A stretch of 64,000 nt of DNA. It comes from Octopus vulgaris. Lineage: Eukaryota. Shown here piece by piece: positions 1 to 13,470 of this stretch (position 1 is its first letter; each line of letters begins with the position of its first letter). A program made the translations under genes and the position numbers. The notes under the pieces are model-generated. The model did no database searches. It saw only the letters and a list, made by a program, of their open reading frames with translations, and was not told the origin of the DNA. The DNA is taken from positions 129,208,001-129,272,000 of the forward strand of contig OX597817.1 of the NCBI GenBank assembly GCA_951406725.2, written 5' to 3'.

Positions 1-74
1 AAAAAAAATCAATATATTGTAGAAAACAAGAAGCACACACATGCGCCCATTCATTACTTTTTTTTAAAGATTAA

Positions 75-862
75 ACGGCGCCATTATATCTTATTAAAAG
101 AAAAAATTTAGCTTTAACTTTTTTTTAAAATATTATCTAAAAATAAATCTTTCAGATCTCAAAGAGCGTAGTTTTTTGTGAATCCACCATTTTCTCACCC
201 CTTCATCTGGTCAATACCGTAATTCCGTGAACTGCCTCCTGGTGACATTCCAAACTTCGAACTTAAATAGTACCCTTCCATAAAAATGTTTTTGATTTGT
301 GGCTAAGTTTGAAACCAAATATAAATTCTTCATCCTCCATGGCTGTGTGGTTAAGAAGCTCGGTTCGGACCCACGTGTTTTCGGATTCGAATATACCAAC
401 ATTATTAACTCACAGCCGCAAGCCAATGGAGGAATTTACGTCATTTTCCCGCGATCTGCTAGAAACAGCATATATTTATTTTCCTCAAAATAAAGCAGCT
501 ATTCTAGCAGTTAGAGAGACCAACCACATTACAGAAAAAAAATGTCAATATATTGTTGAAAACGAAGTAACAGGCGTAGACATGATTATGGCTGAAGTCT
601 GAACTCTGCAAACATGAAGCGTAACACAGACTGAAATAAAGACAGTGAAAGACAGACTGCAGAGGTAACGGGAGTGTAAGGAATGAGCATAAAACTGTAC
701 ATAATATGGTGGTTAACGAGAGAGAAGCGATACAATGAAGGGGAGAGAAAATAGTGGGTGCATAAAGAACTACGCGATTAGAGATCTGAGAGATTTCTTT
801 TTAGATAATATCAAAAAAAAATTGGCTAAATTTATTCATTTCAAAAGACGTAATGGTGCCGT
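75..862. mobile_element. Non-autonomous TIR element (MITE/foldback) with ~130-bp imperfect terminal inverted repeats
   Basis: 75-206 (acggcgccatta...ttttctcacccccttcat) is the degenerate reverse complement of 735-862 (atgaaggggagagaaaa...taatggtgccgt). No recognisable transposase inside. Confidence 0.7.
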
Positions 863-1227
863 ACTTTCACGCATGAGTGTGTCCATGTGAATACTTCTTG
901 TGTGCATGCGGTGTGCAGCATGTATGTGGAAGATAGCAGGGATGTGGAGGTGAAGAGTAAAAGAGAGGGATGAAGGGAGAGGGGGCAGTTAGTGTGTGTG
1001 CATAGGAGAATTTTAAGCTATACATTTGATACAAAATATCTGTGTATGTATGTGTGTGTGTGCGCGCGTGTGTGTATATGCGTCTCTCTGTATGCATGGA
1101 TATATATATATATCAGGTGGCGCTATTAAGTTAGACACGGTCTGAGCCAATCTTTGGTCGAAACATATCTTAATTATACATACATATAAATATATATATA
1201 TATATAATCATATTATATTATATATGT

Positions 1228-1440
1228 CTTTACAGACTACAGAGTCTGCGTGTGCATTTTTTAAAAATCTTTCTCTCCTTCCCCCTTTTCTCGTTGCCCT
1301 ATTTTTTTATGTAAGCCCCACACAATTTTTAACCTGTGTTTGCAATGCAGTACCTTATCGGACGCCCATACTGTAAAATAAATCATCATTATTATCGTCA
1401 TCGTCGTAGTAGTAGTAATCGTCGTCATCATCATCATCAT
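1228..1440 (+). repeat. ~213-bp direct duplication, copy 1
   Basis: ctttacagactacagagtctgcg...atcgtcgtcatcatcat is near-identical to 4916-5128. The paired ORFs 1261-1455 and 4851-5129 are almost identical. Confidence 0.9.
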
Positions 1441-1853
1441 CACACACGCAAACACTGTTAGACTTACTACGAAACAATGGTGGCGTTGTAAGTAATCTTA
1501 TATATCATATTCATATTTTCTTCATCCAGCTACGTCAGGTAAATGTACTAAGTACTCAGAATGAAATTGAAATACATTGAGATATAGGCTTTGAGGGCAC
1601 TCACTACATACCGTGAATAATAAAATATAGTGTACTGTTTCAGTATATTCGCGAATTAATAAAACATGGAGACTTCTTATTTTGTCCACTAGAAATTGGG
1701 GCTTTGTATGTGTTGCCACCTACTGAAAGTGGAAAGCACAGCCGCACAGAGGTGTATGCTCATGAGTGTGTGAGTGCGCTTGTATAATAGATATAACTAC
1801 CTACCTACCTACCTGTCTATATACCTACCTACCTATATACATACATACATACC

Positions 1854-1924
<71 letters not shown>

Positions 1925-1950
1925 ATATATTTATATAGGCATATATATAG

Positions 1951-2087
1951 GCGGCGCTCCAGCATGGCCGCAGTCAAATGACTGAAACAGAAAATAGAAA
2001 TATATATATTTTTATATAATTTTTTTTCCTTATTTTTTTTTTACTTGTTTCAGTTATTTGACTGCAGCCATGCTGGAGCACCGCCTT
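1951..2087. mobile_element. Two SINE family A 3' ends in tail-to-tail inverted orientation
   Basis: ggcggcgctccagcatggccgcagtcaaatgactgaaaca (+, 1951-1990) and its reverse complement at ~2046-2085 match the 3' end of the full SINE A copies. Confidence 0.8.
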
Positions 2088-2324
2088 TGGTCGGCCGGAG
2101 GGTATAGCAGAAAACATATTCTTTAACATATACACGCTCACACAGGACCCGCATTAGACTCCTCACTCGTATTGCTACCGAGAGTCTAACTACCGCCTTC
2201 TTGTAGCACTTACATAGCCTTACCTATCATCTTGGGTCTTCTGGATACCAATATCTCATCACCTCATCACCAAATTTAAGTGAATCAGTCACTAACTCCA
2301 ACAACTGAATGTTGAAACAGTGAG

Positions 2325-2752
2325 CCAGTAAGCTAACCAGACTAATAATTTTAGCTAACCAATAACGCGAGCAGCCAAGAATTCCATCAGCCAGTCTTTT
2401 AAGTAACCAATAAATAATTCCGGTATTGAAGAATTTCAGCAGCCAATCATTTTAGCACCAAATAATTCTAGTAGCAAAGAATTTCAGCAACTAGCTATAT
2501 CAGCAGCCTTGGATTTCAGCAGTCAGTAATTTCTGTAGCCAACTATATCAGCAACAACTAATTTCAGCAGCTAAAAGGAATCAATAATTTCATCAGCCAA
2601 GAATTTCAGCAGTCAGCTATTTCAGTAACGAATAAAAAAATTCTATCTCCATCGCTTAAGAATATCAGTAGCCAATTCCAGCAGCCCGTCATTCCCACAG
2701 CCAACCCATTCTAGCAGCCATTTTCTGTAGCTATCAGTTTCAGCAGCCAGTA
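2325..2752. repeat. Degenerate ~17-bp minisatellite (consensus approx. AAGAATTTCAGCAGCC)
   Basis: Recurrent aatttcagcagcc, tatatcagcagcc and attctagcagcc units across ~430 bp. Confidence 0.75.
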
Positions 2753-2994
2753 AAAATAACTCAAGCGCTTCGCTTATCCATTCTAATAAGCCAAACTCGT
2801 CAGCCCAAGGGATGTACGTAATTTGTCAGAAAACCACGCCTCTGTGAGACTAGTATTTTTCCGTGTAAAATTGCGGGTCAAAACAGACGATGTATATCAC
2901 CCAGAAATAGCAGCTAAATCTAGAAATGGAATCAAAAGGAGATCTCGAAACAGTCGCTTGATTTACGAGAAATAATTAGTAAGTGTTCTTCAGA

Positions 2995-3150
2995 CACGGT
3001 TGTGTGATTGAGAAGTTAGCTTCGCAACCACAGGGTTTCGAGCTCAATCTTACCGCGCAGCGCCTTAGGCAGAAGTCTTCTACTATAGTCCGGGGGGTAA
3101 CCAATGCCTTGTGAGTGAACTTGGTAGACATGGAAACTACGTGAAAGCCT
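2995..3150 (+). mobile_element. SINE family A, decayed 5' half
   Basis: Matches the head of family A (gtgtg..agaagttagcttcgcaaccac...ccttgtgagtgaacttggtagac..ggaaact). Confidence 0.7.
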
Positions 3151-3278
3151 TTTGTTTATATATATTTTTATTTCTATTATCATTCTCTTATTTCCCCCTA
3201 TATTCCCTATCTCCTCCTTTTCCATAATAATTCCTTATTTCGGACTCAAATATTTACCTCTATTTAACCATCTCACAT

Positions 3279-3320
3279 CGTCTCTGATGAAGGGATATCT
3301 ATAATATCCCAGAAGAGACT
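3279..3320 (+). ncRNA. Degenerate hammerhead ribozyme motif (PLE-type remnant)
   Basis: gtct-CTGATGA(3284-3290)-a-gggatat/ctata/atatccc-a-GAAg-agac. Stem II and a stem I match are present, but stem III and the cleavage triplet appear deleted. Confidence 0.45.
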
Positions 3321-3393
3321 ATAACTATATCGTTTTCCTTATAAATGTCCTGAAAAATCCTCACGTCCTTGGCTTTATCTCATTTTGTCTAAT

Positions 3394-3465
<72 letters not shown>

Positions 3466-4094
3466 GTATACAAACATACACAGAGTAGGTGAAAAGTAAG
3501 TAGGCATTAAAAATGTACGCACTATTACCTTATTTGATTTGAGATTCAGCGTTCCTAAACAGATTTGGCCAAGCCATACTCTGCCCAATGATTCCTGAAG
3601 TTGACAATTTTCCTTTCAAATAATCTCTTTATTTGCATTCTCATTCATGCAAACAGTTGGTTGAAAGAAATATGTCTAAAAAAAGAAAATGCCAACAAAA
3701 CTGATTTTCATGAATAGCTAAATATTTTCTTGGAACTATTTCCATTGGTTCTAACTCACCCGATGTAATAAACTACAATGACACTACAGATACAAAGGAA
3801 CAATGTGGTATACAAGTTTGTTTGTATGTGTAAAAGCTAATTTACTCTCTTTTGATGCAAAAGTTTGCTCTGGTGGTTGGTTCGATACGTGAGATATATT
3901 GCTTTCGTTATTTTCGGTAAAGTTATTTAGTTACGGTCCTTTAAGTTCCGATTTCAGATCTCAATGAGGTCAACTTTGATTTCCCTCCTTTCGAAATCGC
4001 TAAAATAAAAAACCGGTCACATACTGGGGTTCGTGTCTGAGCTGACTTCCCTCAAAATTGCGGTCCTTGCATCTGAATAAGAAGCCCATCGCCA

Positions 4095-4720
4095 TTTGAC
4101 AGCAGCCCCCAATACAGTCAGTCTCAGACCGTTTTCAGAGGTAGGACTGCAGCAATGTACAATAGCGCTTTCTCAATTGTCAAAGTGAACATCCACCTGT
4201 TGGAAACTTTTCATATTGCTCGCCCGGTCTGTCTGGACTATCCTTCTCGTCTCTTTTATACATACTGGCTCTCGAGCCATTGCTTCAGTAATTAGAACCT
4301 TTTGGATATATTCTCTTCAACCTGGAATGCAGGAGAGCTGTGTTAGTTTATGCGAATGTCTTCATCATTGTGGCGTCGGACGCCACAGAAATGGAGGTAT
4401 TCGGTTCTATTCTAAAGCGAATTCCTACACCACTCACATCATCATTTAGAATATGACTATCGTACCTTCTTCCAGTTTCTAATTGCCCAGCATTACTATC
4501 GAAGAGCCTTATCAGTTCGAAATAAACTCAACAGGTGTTGAAATGCCCTTAGACAGGACTGTCCGAGACTCACCCAGAGCGACAAAATGGCACTACATGC
4601 ATTCGTACGGTGTTCAATAATCGGGAATTTTTGGAGTTAATTCGAACAGCTGTTATCATGTGTGTGACGGATCCAGATATCCACCTTGAATATCACCCAA
4701 CCGCTCTCCTTAGATGATGT
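4095..4720 (+). pseudogene. Old, internally deleted Tx1/L1-clade LINE ORF2 fragment (RT + zf-RVT)
   Basis: Manual translation gives LYILALEPLLQ*LE, VLVYANVFIIVASD (YADD position) and YYRRALSVRNKLNR...DCPR...LHAFVRC...W...EQLLS. These align to the LINE at 7.6-12 kb (EPLL; AYADNITIIVTD; CYRGDLPVRDKL..CPRC..LHAIVQC). Confidence 0.75.
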
Positions 4721-4915
4721 GTGGTCCATGAAGCTAAAAGGTGTGAGGGCAGGTATCTTCCCCTTCACTTAAGAACTCATTGGCATTTTGGATGTATAAT
4801 GGAGGGGAAGGCACTGGCTTTTGATGTGTGATCCTGAATCTGAGTTGTTTCTAAACTAGTCCTATTTGGTGAATCTCCTGTCTCAGGAAGGCTGCTTCAT
4901 CTAAGCATTCACGTA

Positions 4916-5128
4916 CTTTACAGACTACAGAGTCTGCGTGTGCATTTAAAAAAAATCTTTCTCTCCTTCTCCCTTTTCTCGTTGCCCTATTTTTTTTATG
5001 TAAGCTCCACACAATTTTTAACCTGTGTTTGCAATGCACTACCTTATCGGACGCCCATGCTGTAAAATAAATCATCATTATTATCGTCATCGTCGTAGTA
5101 GTAGTAATCGTCGTCATCATCATCATCA
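4916..5128 (+). repeat. ~213-bp direct duplication, copy 2
   Basis: Near-identical to 1228-1440, including the compound (ATC/GTC/GTA)n tail. Confidence 0.9.
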
Positions 5129-5495
5129 TTTGTTGCGGGCATCGAGCTGAAGATGCTTACATTAAACATCAACCACATCAGTTTCACCTGTCTCGAAGAT
5201 CTTACGGAGGTAGTGCACGCTACTCATTCTTTCATTTCTCCAGTCTGCTCAAAAAATTTTTTTAAATTCTTAATTTCCTTCCTGTCGGGAACTCTCTCAT
5301 CTGACGATAGGCTTCTCTGAGGTGGGGGAGAAATTAGAAAACAAGAATAGTTTTTCAATTTACACAAGACGAAGAAAGGGGATGAAGGAGGATGATGAAA
5401 CAGAGGGGGAGGCTTTATAATACGATGAAAAAGTAAAGATAAGAAATAATAATATAGACTACTACCACCACCACCACCACTACGGCCATCGTCAT

Positions 5496-5620
<125 letters not shown>

Positions 5621-5935
5621 AAAGGAGGAGACGAAAAAATGAAGATAAAAAAAACTACAAGAATAAAAGAAGCGAGAGAGAAGGACAGTGAGGGAGAAGA
5701 AAGTATCTGAAAGATGGACAGGGAATGTGTTGGAAGAAGAGGCGTGTGGTCGGGTGGGATGAGAATGGTGGGGTAGGGTTAGGGTATTGCCAACTAACCA
5801 GCAGGTGCTTCACTTTAGTGACAGGCTGAAATAGACAAAAGCACCTGCCATTATCTTAAGCTTGTCCGTCACCAAGACATTTTTATATCTCTTGGAACTC
5901 GTGCTTGCTTATTTACATATCTATCTATCTATCTA

Positions 5936-5997
<62 letters not shown>

Positions 5998-6310
5998 GCA
6001 CACACACATATATATATAACCTATATATACATATATATATATAAATCTATATATATATACTTTATCTGTCTATCTATCTATTTACCTCTCTGTTTATTAG
6101 TCCATCCATCTATCTACCGAGCTAGCTATCTGTTTATCAATCCATCTGTCTATCTATTTACCTATCTATATATTTTTCTACCTCCCCGACATGCATACAT
6201 ACCACAACAAACACTACCACAGTCGTCAGCCAACCAGCATAACAACCTCTATTAACATCAACACAACATTTCGATGTATCTTGGAATTATATTTACCTAT
6301 CTACCTACAT

Positions 6311-6376
<66 letters not shown>

Positions 6377-7411
6377 GCACACTTGCTTGAAATAGTAGTC
6401 GAATCTTCTCAAATTATAACTTACTGTATTGAAAAGGATATATGGTGTAATATGATCTTTAGGTCAATAACATAAGAAAAAGATGGGATGATCATGGATG
6501 GAATGACTTTTGACATTGATCCGGTTGATTTTGATTGATATAAAGCTAAACAGTAACAGCAACATTCACGATTTGCATAGCCCCGCCACCGTTACCACCT
6601 GAACCACCATCATCTCAACCACAAACAGTGCTATCTCCCAACCTCAATTCAATCTAGCTGGAAGAAAGAGCAGTTAAATCTCCTACCAATAAGAAACGAT
6701 TTTATAATCGACAATGTGCTCTTACGTATAGTCTACACGAAACAAAAGACCAAATGGTAACAACCGGAATACTTTAGAGTGATAGAAAGGCCTGCGTTAA
6801 ACAGTGAAAGGTATCGACAACGCTGCAGCATTATCAACCACAACAGGGCCACTGTTTTCAATAATATCATTCCTAAAATATTCACCATCAAGGTCACGAC
6901 ATACGCCATGACCACTTACACAAACACCACACCACCTAAGAACACATCTGTCTTCTTCATCGCCATCAAATCCATAGTAACATCAAAGCCAAGTACATTG
7001 TCTCAGTTGCTGTCCAAGAGGTTACTAACTCCCATAGTAACCATATTGAAGACCACCCACTTTCAAATAACAATTAAAATATCCTGAGCCGCGTGCATTC
7101 ACTCACCTGTGACAACCTTTATTCTCTCATTTTTTACCACACATCTTCTGTTTGTCTGTCTGTGTATTTCTCTCTCTTCTTTCAAACACACACACGCACA
7201 CACACTCACTTCCTCTTCCCATCTCTCACGCACATAAGATATAACATACATATGTTTAGAAGCACAAACACATACAAGCGTACACATACACACAAACAAA
7301 TATATTATTACATTTACCTTATAATATTGTATTTTCCGTTTGTTTGTACTTTTATGTATAATTTTTCCTCCACACACACATAACACACACACACACAAAC
7401 ACACACACACA

Positions 7412-7467
<56 letters not shown>

Positions 7468-7611
7468 AGAAGAGAGAGAGAGAAAGAGAGAAAGAGACAG
7501 ATAAATAGGTAAATTATTTCTCTGCAAGATATAATTTGTCGTTATGTCATATGTTACGGTTACTGTAGACAAGGAAACTATTCCCAATCCAAAGTCGGGC
7601 CGAAGTTTTAA

Positions 7612-10600
7612 ATTTTTTATTACCCACTAGGGGGCCAACATAGAGGGGACAATACAACCTGGTTTGGGATCAGATACACAAATATGAAAAAACAAAAATG
7701 AATGTTAAAATTTCAACAAATATAATTCGAATGATATAACAATACTGTAAGACAAGACAAATAGAGTGGAGAGACGGGTACGGCTTGGACCCCACAAACC
7801 CCATTTCGCCACTGATAACTGATGCAAGTCATTTGTCGTATTCATGCTGTTACTTTCATACGCAACATCCGTACTACATTATTCCATCGACTATCAAACA
7901 TTTTCGCCAACAGGCATCTTTTCTCTAGCTCTATTTTTCTTTTCAGGTGAAACCTAAAGAAATTCACAAGTTCAGAGCCAGAGCTGCAGATACTTGTCTT
8001 TAGTCCTTTCATTCTAGTCTTTCAAATCACCTCCTTCGCAATTGCTATTACTGATAGAAAGCAATTCTTACCTTTTTTCGATAAGGAAACAGCTGGGTCA
8101 TTTTTTATAATTGACTCAGCAACAGCTTTACACTTCCTACACTCGACAACGGTTGTTCAGCACAAACCCACACGCCTGACACCTCTGAGCACTGAACAAT
8201 AGCATGCAGGACTGTTTCCCTACCCTGCCCGCATCTTGGACAGGTCGATGGGCCGGGGCAACCGTGTCTTGTTAGCTTGTCACGAACAGGCAAGTCTCCT
8301 CGGTAACACTGCCAAGCCAGAGACTTCTGAAAATTATCCAGGGTCTTCGGCCCGAATGTACGCTGGAACAGACTGGCCAGCTGATTATCATCGAGACCTA
8401 GGGCTTCCCCTAAGGTGTCGTCACATTCCAACTACCATCCCTCTGTAGAAAGATGCGGTTGAACCCCCACCGCTGGCATTACCCGAGCGACAGAATAGCA
8501 GGAGAGCCATGCGGCACTCCGTAAACCATGCACCGAACTTTGATCTATGATAGAACTAGGTTTCCCATCCACTGAAACTAGTGAACCTGTGAAACATCTG
8601 TTTCGCCAGCGGAGACCACACCCGTTCAACGTCCAAGTGGAGCCACAGATGTTTCAACCTCAGCGCATGTCTGCGCATCAATAGCCAAGGCATCCCTAGT
8701 CCACCCTTTAACGCTTGCTGGCAGCAAATAGAGCGTTTCACAAGTAGTTTCGAGTTCTTCCACAGGAAGCAGAAGAGTTGTCTTTCCAGCTTGATTAACC
8801 ACGAATCAAGGCAAGGAACGACGGTTAGGTGGTAAATGATGACCGATGCGATACGGCCATCCCTTTCAAGGATAACCACAAACTCGATAGTTCACCTTGC
8901 TCGATACATCAGCCCAGTTATTCTCTATTTGGAGGTCCGGACCAAACCAGACCCCTAACAACTTAATCGGACCCTCCGTCCAACGTCCTACGACGCTGTC
9001 GGGAGGCATTGACTTGCCTCTCCAGATGCCGAGCTGCAAGCCGACTGATATTTCACGATTAGTCTTTGCTCCTGCCACCGTCTCGTACGCCTTAATGACC
9101 ACGCCTATCTTCTGTAGGTGTCCCATGTCGGTTACGATAATGGTGATGTTGTCCGCATATGCTGAAACCGACTTTCCACAACCTGGTTCCCTCGGGATGC
9201 CACTCAACCTTCACAGCAATGGCTCAAGAACCATCACATTACAAAAGCGGGGAGAGTGGACAACCTTGGCGAACCGAGCGTTTGACACGGAACGGCTTTG
9301 ACAAAAAACTGTTCATCCGAACAATCTAGTCGATGTTATCATAAATTCATATGATCCATCTAAGGAAACCAAGGCCCAGGCCGAACTGCGCGAGAACGGG
9401 CACTAGGTAACGATAGTCAACCCTATCGAATGCTTTTGCTTGATCCAAATGGACTAATGCCCCATCCTTGCCAGGTTTACTATTGAATTCCTTTAAGGTG
9501 TAGCGCAGAAGGTGGAGATTATCCTGTATGGCTCTGTCAGGGACGGCACAAGTTTGTGCCTCTCCGACCAAACCATCCGCGACACGCGCCAACCTTTTCG
9601 CTAACACATTGGCCAAAATCTTCAGTTCTGTATTTAGCAGAGTGATGGGCCTAAAATTATCAACTGAATCCCCCTTTTCCGAGTCCTTTCTGACTAGCGT
9701 CACCACTCCCCTGCGCACCCGCTAGTAGTTGCCCGAACAAATCTGGCATACTCATATAACTCTTAGGGTAAACCATCCAGTCCTGGCGCCTTACTCACGC
9801 CACAGCCCCTACCACTTTCTCAGGTATGATCGGCCTCTCACAGCACTCCGCATCCTGCTCTGAAAGGCGCGGCAGCTCGGCGAGGAAGGTCGTTAGGTCC
9901 CTCCTACTCTCTGGTCCGTCGCTTCCTCCGAAAAGCTGGGTAAAGTGCTCCTGAAAGGCCTTGCACATCTCCTCGGGCTCGGTGTCAACTTACCTTGTTG
10001 GATCACTAAAGATCGAATTGCGGCATCATTACCACGTTAGGCTTCGACCACCCGGGCCCATCTCGCGGCCTTGGTTCCCTGCAACCCACTGGACGAAGTC
10101 TAGCTCTGACAATGCACCCTATGTGTTTGGCTTCGAAGTGCTGGCTTAATTCCAGTCTCTTAGCCTTCACTTGGGATGCAGAGCCAGTCCTCATCGCCTC
10201 CTCTAGATCCTTAACTAGGTCTAATTCCCTCCTAGTCTCTCTAGCCACTAAACCTATTCTATATCTAATCGACTCAAATTTAATGGCTCATTTGAGGGCA
10301 TACCACCATTTGTCAATAATAGCTCCGGTTAATGCCCTCTGTATTATCAACTTAATCCGGTTTCTGTACTCTTCAATCGCCAAAAAAGGACGTATTGAGT
10401 TTCCAGTAGCCAGAACCTCTACTATGTAGTTTATCTATGTCAAACTTACAAGTGACCATCTTGTGATCATTGTAGCTGACTAGGTGTAACTGTGAACACT
10501 TAGCTATATTTCTATCTGTTTTTCTAATCAATATTCTAACTAAATATAACCTAGAACATCCGTAGCTGCTTGACCATGTCCACAATGGAGCGTTCGGAAA

Positions 10601-12060
10601 TTCCAGTCTATATAGATCTGCTAGTTGAAAGCAACTTAGCAGACCCTGGAGGCAAGAGTTGTCCTACCTATCTGTGTACGAGCCAACATAATCCACGCGT
10701 GTATCGCAGATTCTGTTATAGTCTCCTACCAACGCTAGTGAATGTGACGTAACCAAGAAATTTTCCAGGTCACGAAAATACTCACTTTGCCCTACTGAAA
10801 TGGGTGCATAAATTGCAACCAGTCAGATAGTCTTACCACAACTGAACGTCAAATCCACGACAACCAGCCAACCGTCTGGGTCAGAAAAAATCAGCTTCTT
10901 CCCTGAAACCCAGTTTCTTTTTATTAGGACCAACACCCCACCTCCTCCCATTGGACGGTCTGGAAAAATGAATTTCTCGTAGCCGCCCAGGAGAGGGAGC
11001 AGGTCTCTTGGTCTATTAAACCAGGTTTCAGTAGCAACAATAACATCCAAATCACGTGACCTGATGTCATTTAGGAAGCTCCCTTGCTTCCTGCTCGACG
11101 TCAGGCCACGCACATTCAAACAACCAACATGAATACTCAAACGACCTACCTTACTCAGTGGTGAGAGGTGGATTCTCAAACACCTCTTTTTCTTTGACGC
11201 GGGCTTGCCCGAACTGAAGCTTTAAGCCTTCAAACCACTCTATTCTCTTCCTTGCTGCTGCTGTTTTCTTCCTGTGTTTCTATAGACGATAGTACTTCTG
11301 TTGCTGTTTCTTCCTCTTCTTCTGTATCTGTTTCTTCCTGAGGAGGGTCATATTCCGTCTTTATGTGGCCTTTCTTGCCACACTTGAAACATCTTGGCTT
11401 TCTTCCCTCTACTGCAACCACCAATCTGGTTTCTCCTACATGAATTATTCTGGAATCTCTTCCAGTTTGAGGGGCTCTGCTTGTATTAAAATAATCAGGT
11501 TTTGCCCCAGCAGTTTTTGTTTTTCTGTTACTGTCGCCTACAGTATCGTTTTTTTTTCTTCCAGAATCATAGTTATGGTTGCCACCAACCAAGTAGCATC
11601 CATTTCCGGCGGGATATTTGTTCTTTTCCCCATATAGATGGGGAGGAGAACTATTTCTTCCGTTTTGAGTGATCTGGTTGAATGGTACGCTTTTTCTTGT
11701 TAAAAGTCTCACCTCTATCGCTGCAAATTTTCTCGCTCTTGTTATACACGTTATATCTGGTCAAAGTTCTTTTAGACATTTTTCTACAGCTTCTTCTGAA
11801 ACTTTATCAATTCTTCATATCAACTTTTCATACAATATGATTTATATATGATTGTTTTCGTATTTGTATCTTCAGTTAACTTGGCGGGGTGGGCGGGCAC
11901 CTTAACCTCTGAACCCTCCTTTTTCAATATCACTTTGTAATTCTTCAGTTTTGTTTTATCAGTGTTCAAATCTTTTTTTCCCCAGCTGCCGCTGCAAAAC
12001 TAATTTTTACTGTCGATACTGCTGTTGAAGTTTTCTTTCCACTTGTCACACGAAGATGAA
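7612..12060 (-). mobile_element. Near-full-length decayed Tx1-like (L1 clade) non-LTR retrotransposon
   Basis: Collinear on the minus strand: ORF1 remnant with zinc knuckle CFKCGKKGH (11230-11712); APE endonuclease (GCLNVRGL, ATETW, SYNDHKMV, GYWKLN); RT (NFRPITLLN, LDQAKAFDRVD, RQGCPLSPLL, AYADN, GGLGMP); C-terminal zf-RVT (CPRCGQGRETVLHAIVQC). Many stops and frameshifts. 3' end ...gtgggtaataaaaaa at ~7612. Confidence 0.93.
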
Positions 12061-13092
12061 CTAAACATTTATGAAGATATACATACTTATATGTAGCACA
12101 CGCGCATACACTCACATGCACACACACACACACAGATATATATAATATGCATATATTTAAATTTATATTTATATTCACATAATTACATACTTATATAGAT
12201 ATTATATTTATATACGCATATTATGATTATGCATATATACACACACTTACACACAGATAGATAGATAGATAGATAGATACTCACAAATATACATATATAC
12301 TATACATACATACATACATTTATATATATATATATACTAAGCAATAAAGGGTTTGGCAACGAATTGCCTTACCACATACCGAATTTAGAAATAGCAGTCA
12401 AAGAGTTATAGCTATATATATATATACACACATACAAATAAAATACATGAAAGCGCACATATATCAATGCATGCATATATATATACATGTATGTACGCAT
12501 GTATGTATGTATGTATGTATGTATGTATGTATGTATGTATGTATGTATGTATGTATGTATGCGCGTATGTATGTATGCGCGTATGTATGTATGTATGCTA
12601 CACATTATAAATTCAATTTACTCACCACTCACATTCAGAAACACAGCAAATTCTTAAAAAAAAAAGAACAATGAATTCATACGCACACGCAAACACATAT
12701 ACATACACTTTAGCAGATAAATATGCAGACACATGCACACGCATGCAAATTATAAACATACACACACACTTAATCAACGCACCAGGCAAAATGATCTTAA
12801 TGTTAGTTCTATAAAAAAACACCTCCCCCTCCACAGCCTTCACCATCACTATTACGCTTTCTCTTTTCCTACGTGTACTTGCATAATGGATGATGGTAGT
12901 GATTCTGTAGGTAGTGGGGATTGTTGTGGCAGTTGCTGTGGTAGGTGCTCAAAGGAGGAAGGGCTTTCAATAGGTATGGGTAGGGATAATAAGTGTGATG
13001 GAAGTGGCTGCGTGGGTAGGGGTAACACTATTCTATTGCTCCCCAAGCCATTCACTTACATGTCGTAAAGAATATGAATTCTACTTATAATG

Positions 13093-13127
<35 letters not shown>

Positions 13128-13137
13128 ATCTATCTAT

Positions 13138-13173
<36 letters not shown>

Positions 13174-13220
13174 GTATATATGTATATGTATATACACACA
13201 CATATATAGTTTATATATAG

Positions 13221-13252
<32 letters not shown>

Positions 13253-13292
13253 TGTATGTATGTATATGTATATATATATATATATATATATA

Positions 13293-13426
13293 GGTGCAGG
13301 CGTGGCTGTGTGGTAGGAAGCTTGCTTCCCAACCACATGGTTCCGGGCAAGTGTCTTCTACTATAGCCTCGGGCCAATCAAAGCCTTGCGAGTGGATTTT
13401 GGTAGACGGAAACTGAAAGAAGCCCG

Positions 13427-13470
<44 letters not shown>

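Noticed and set aside
1228-5128. LTR retrotransposon bounded by the 213-bp repeats
   Set aside because: No TG...CA termini, no evident PBS/PPT or TSD, and the interior has no gag/pol.
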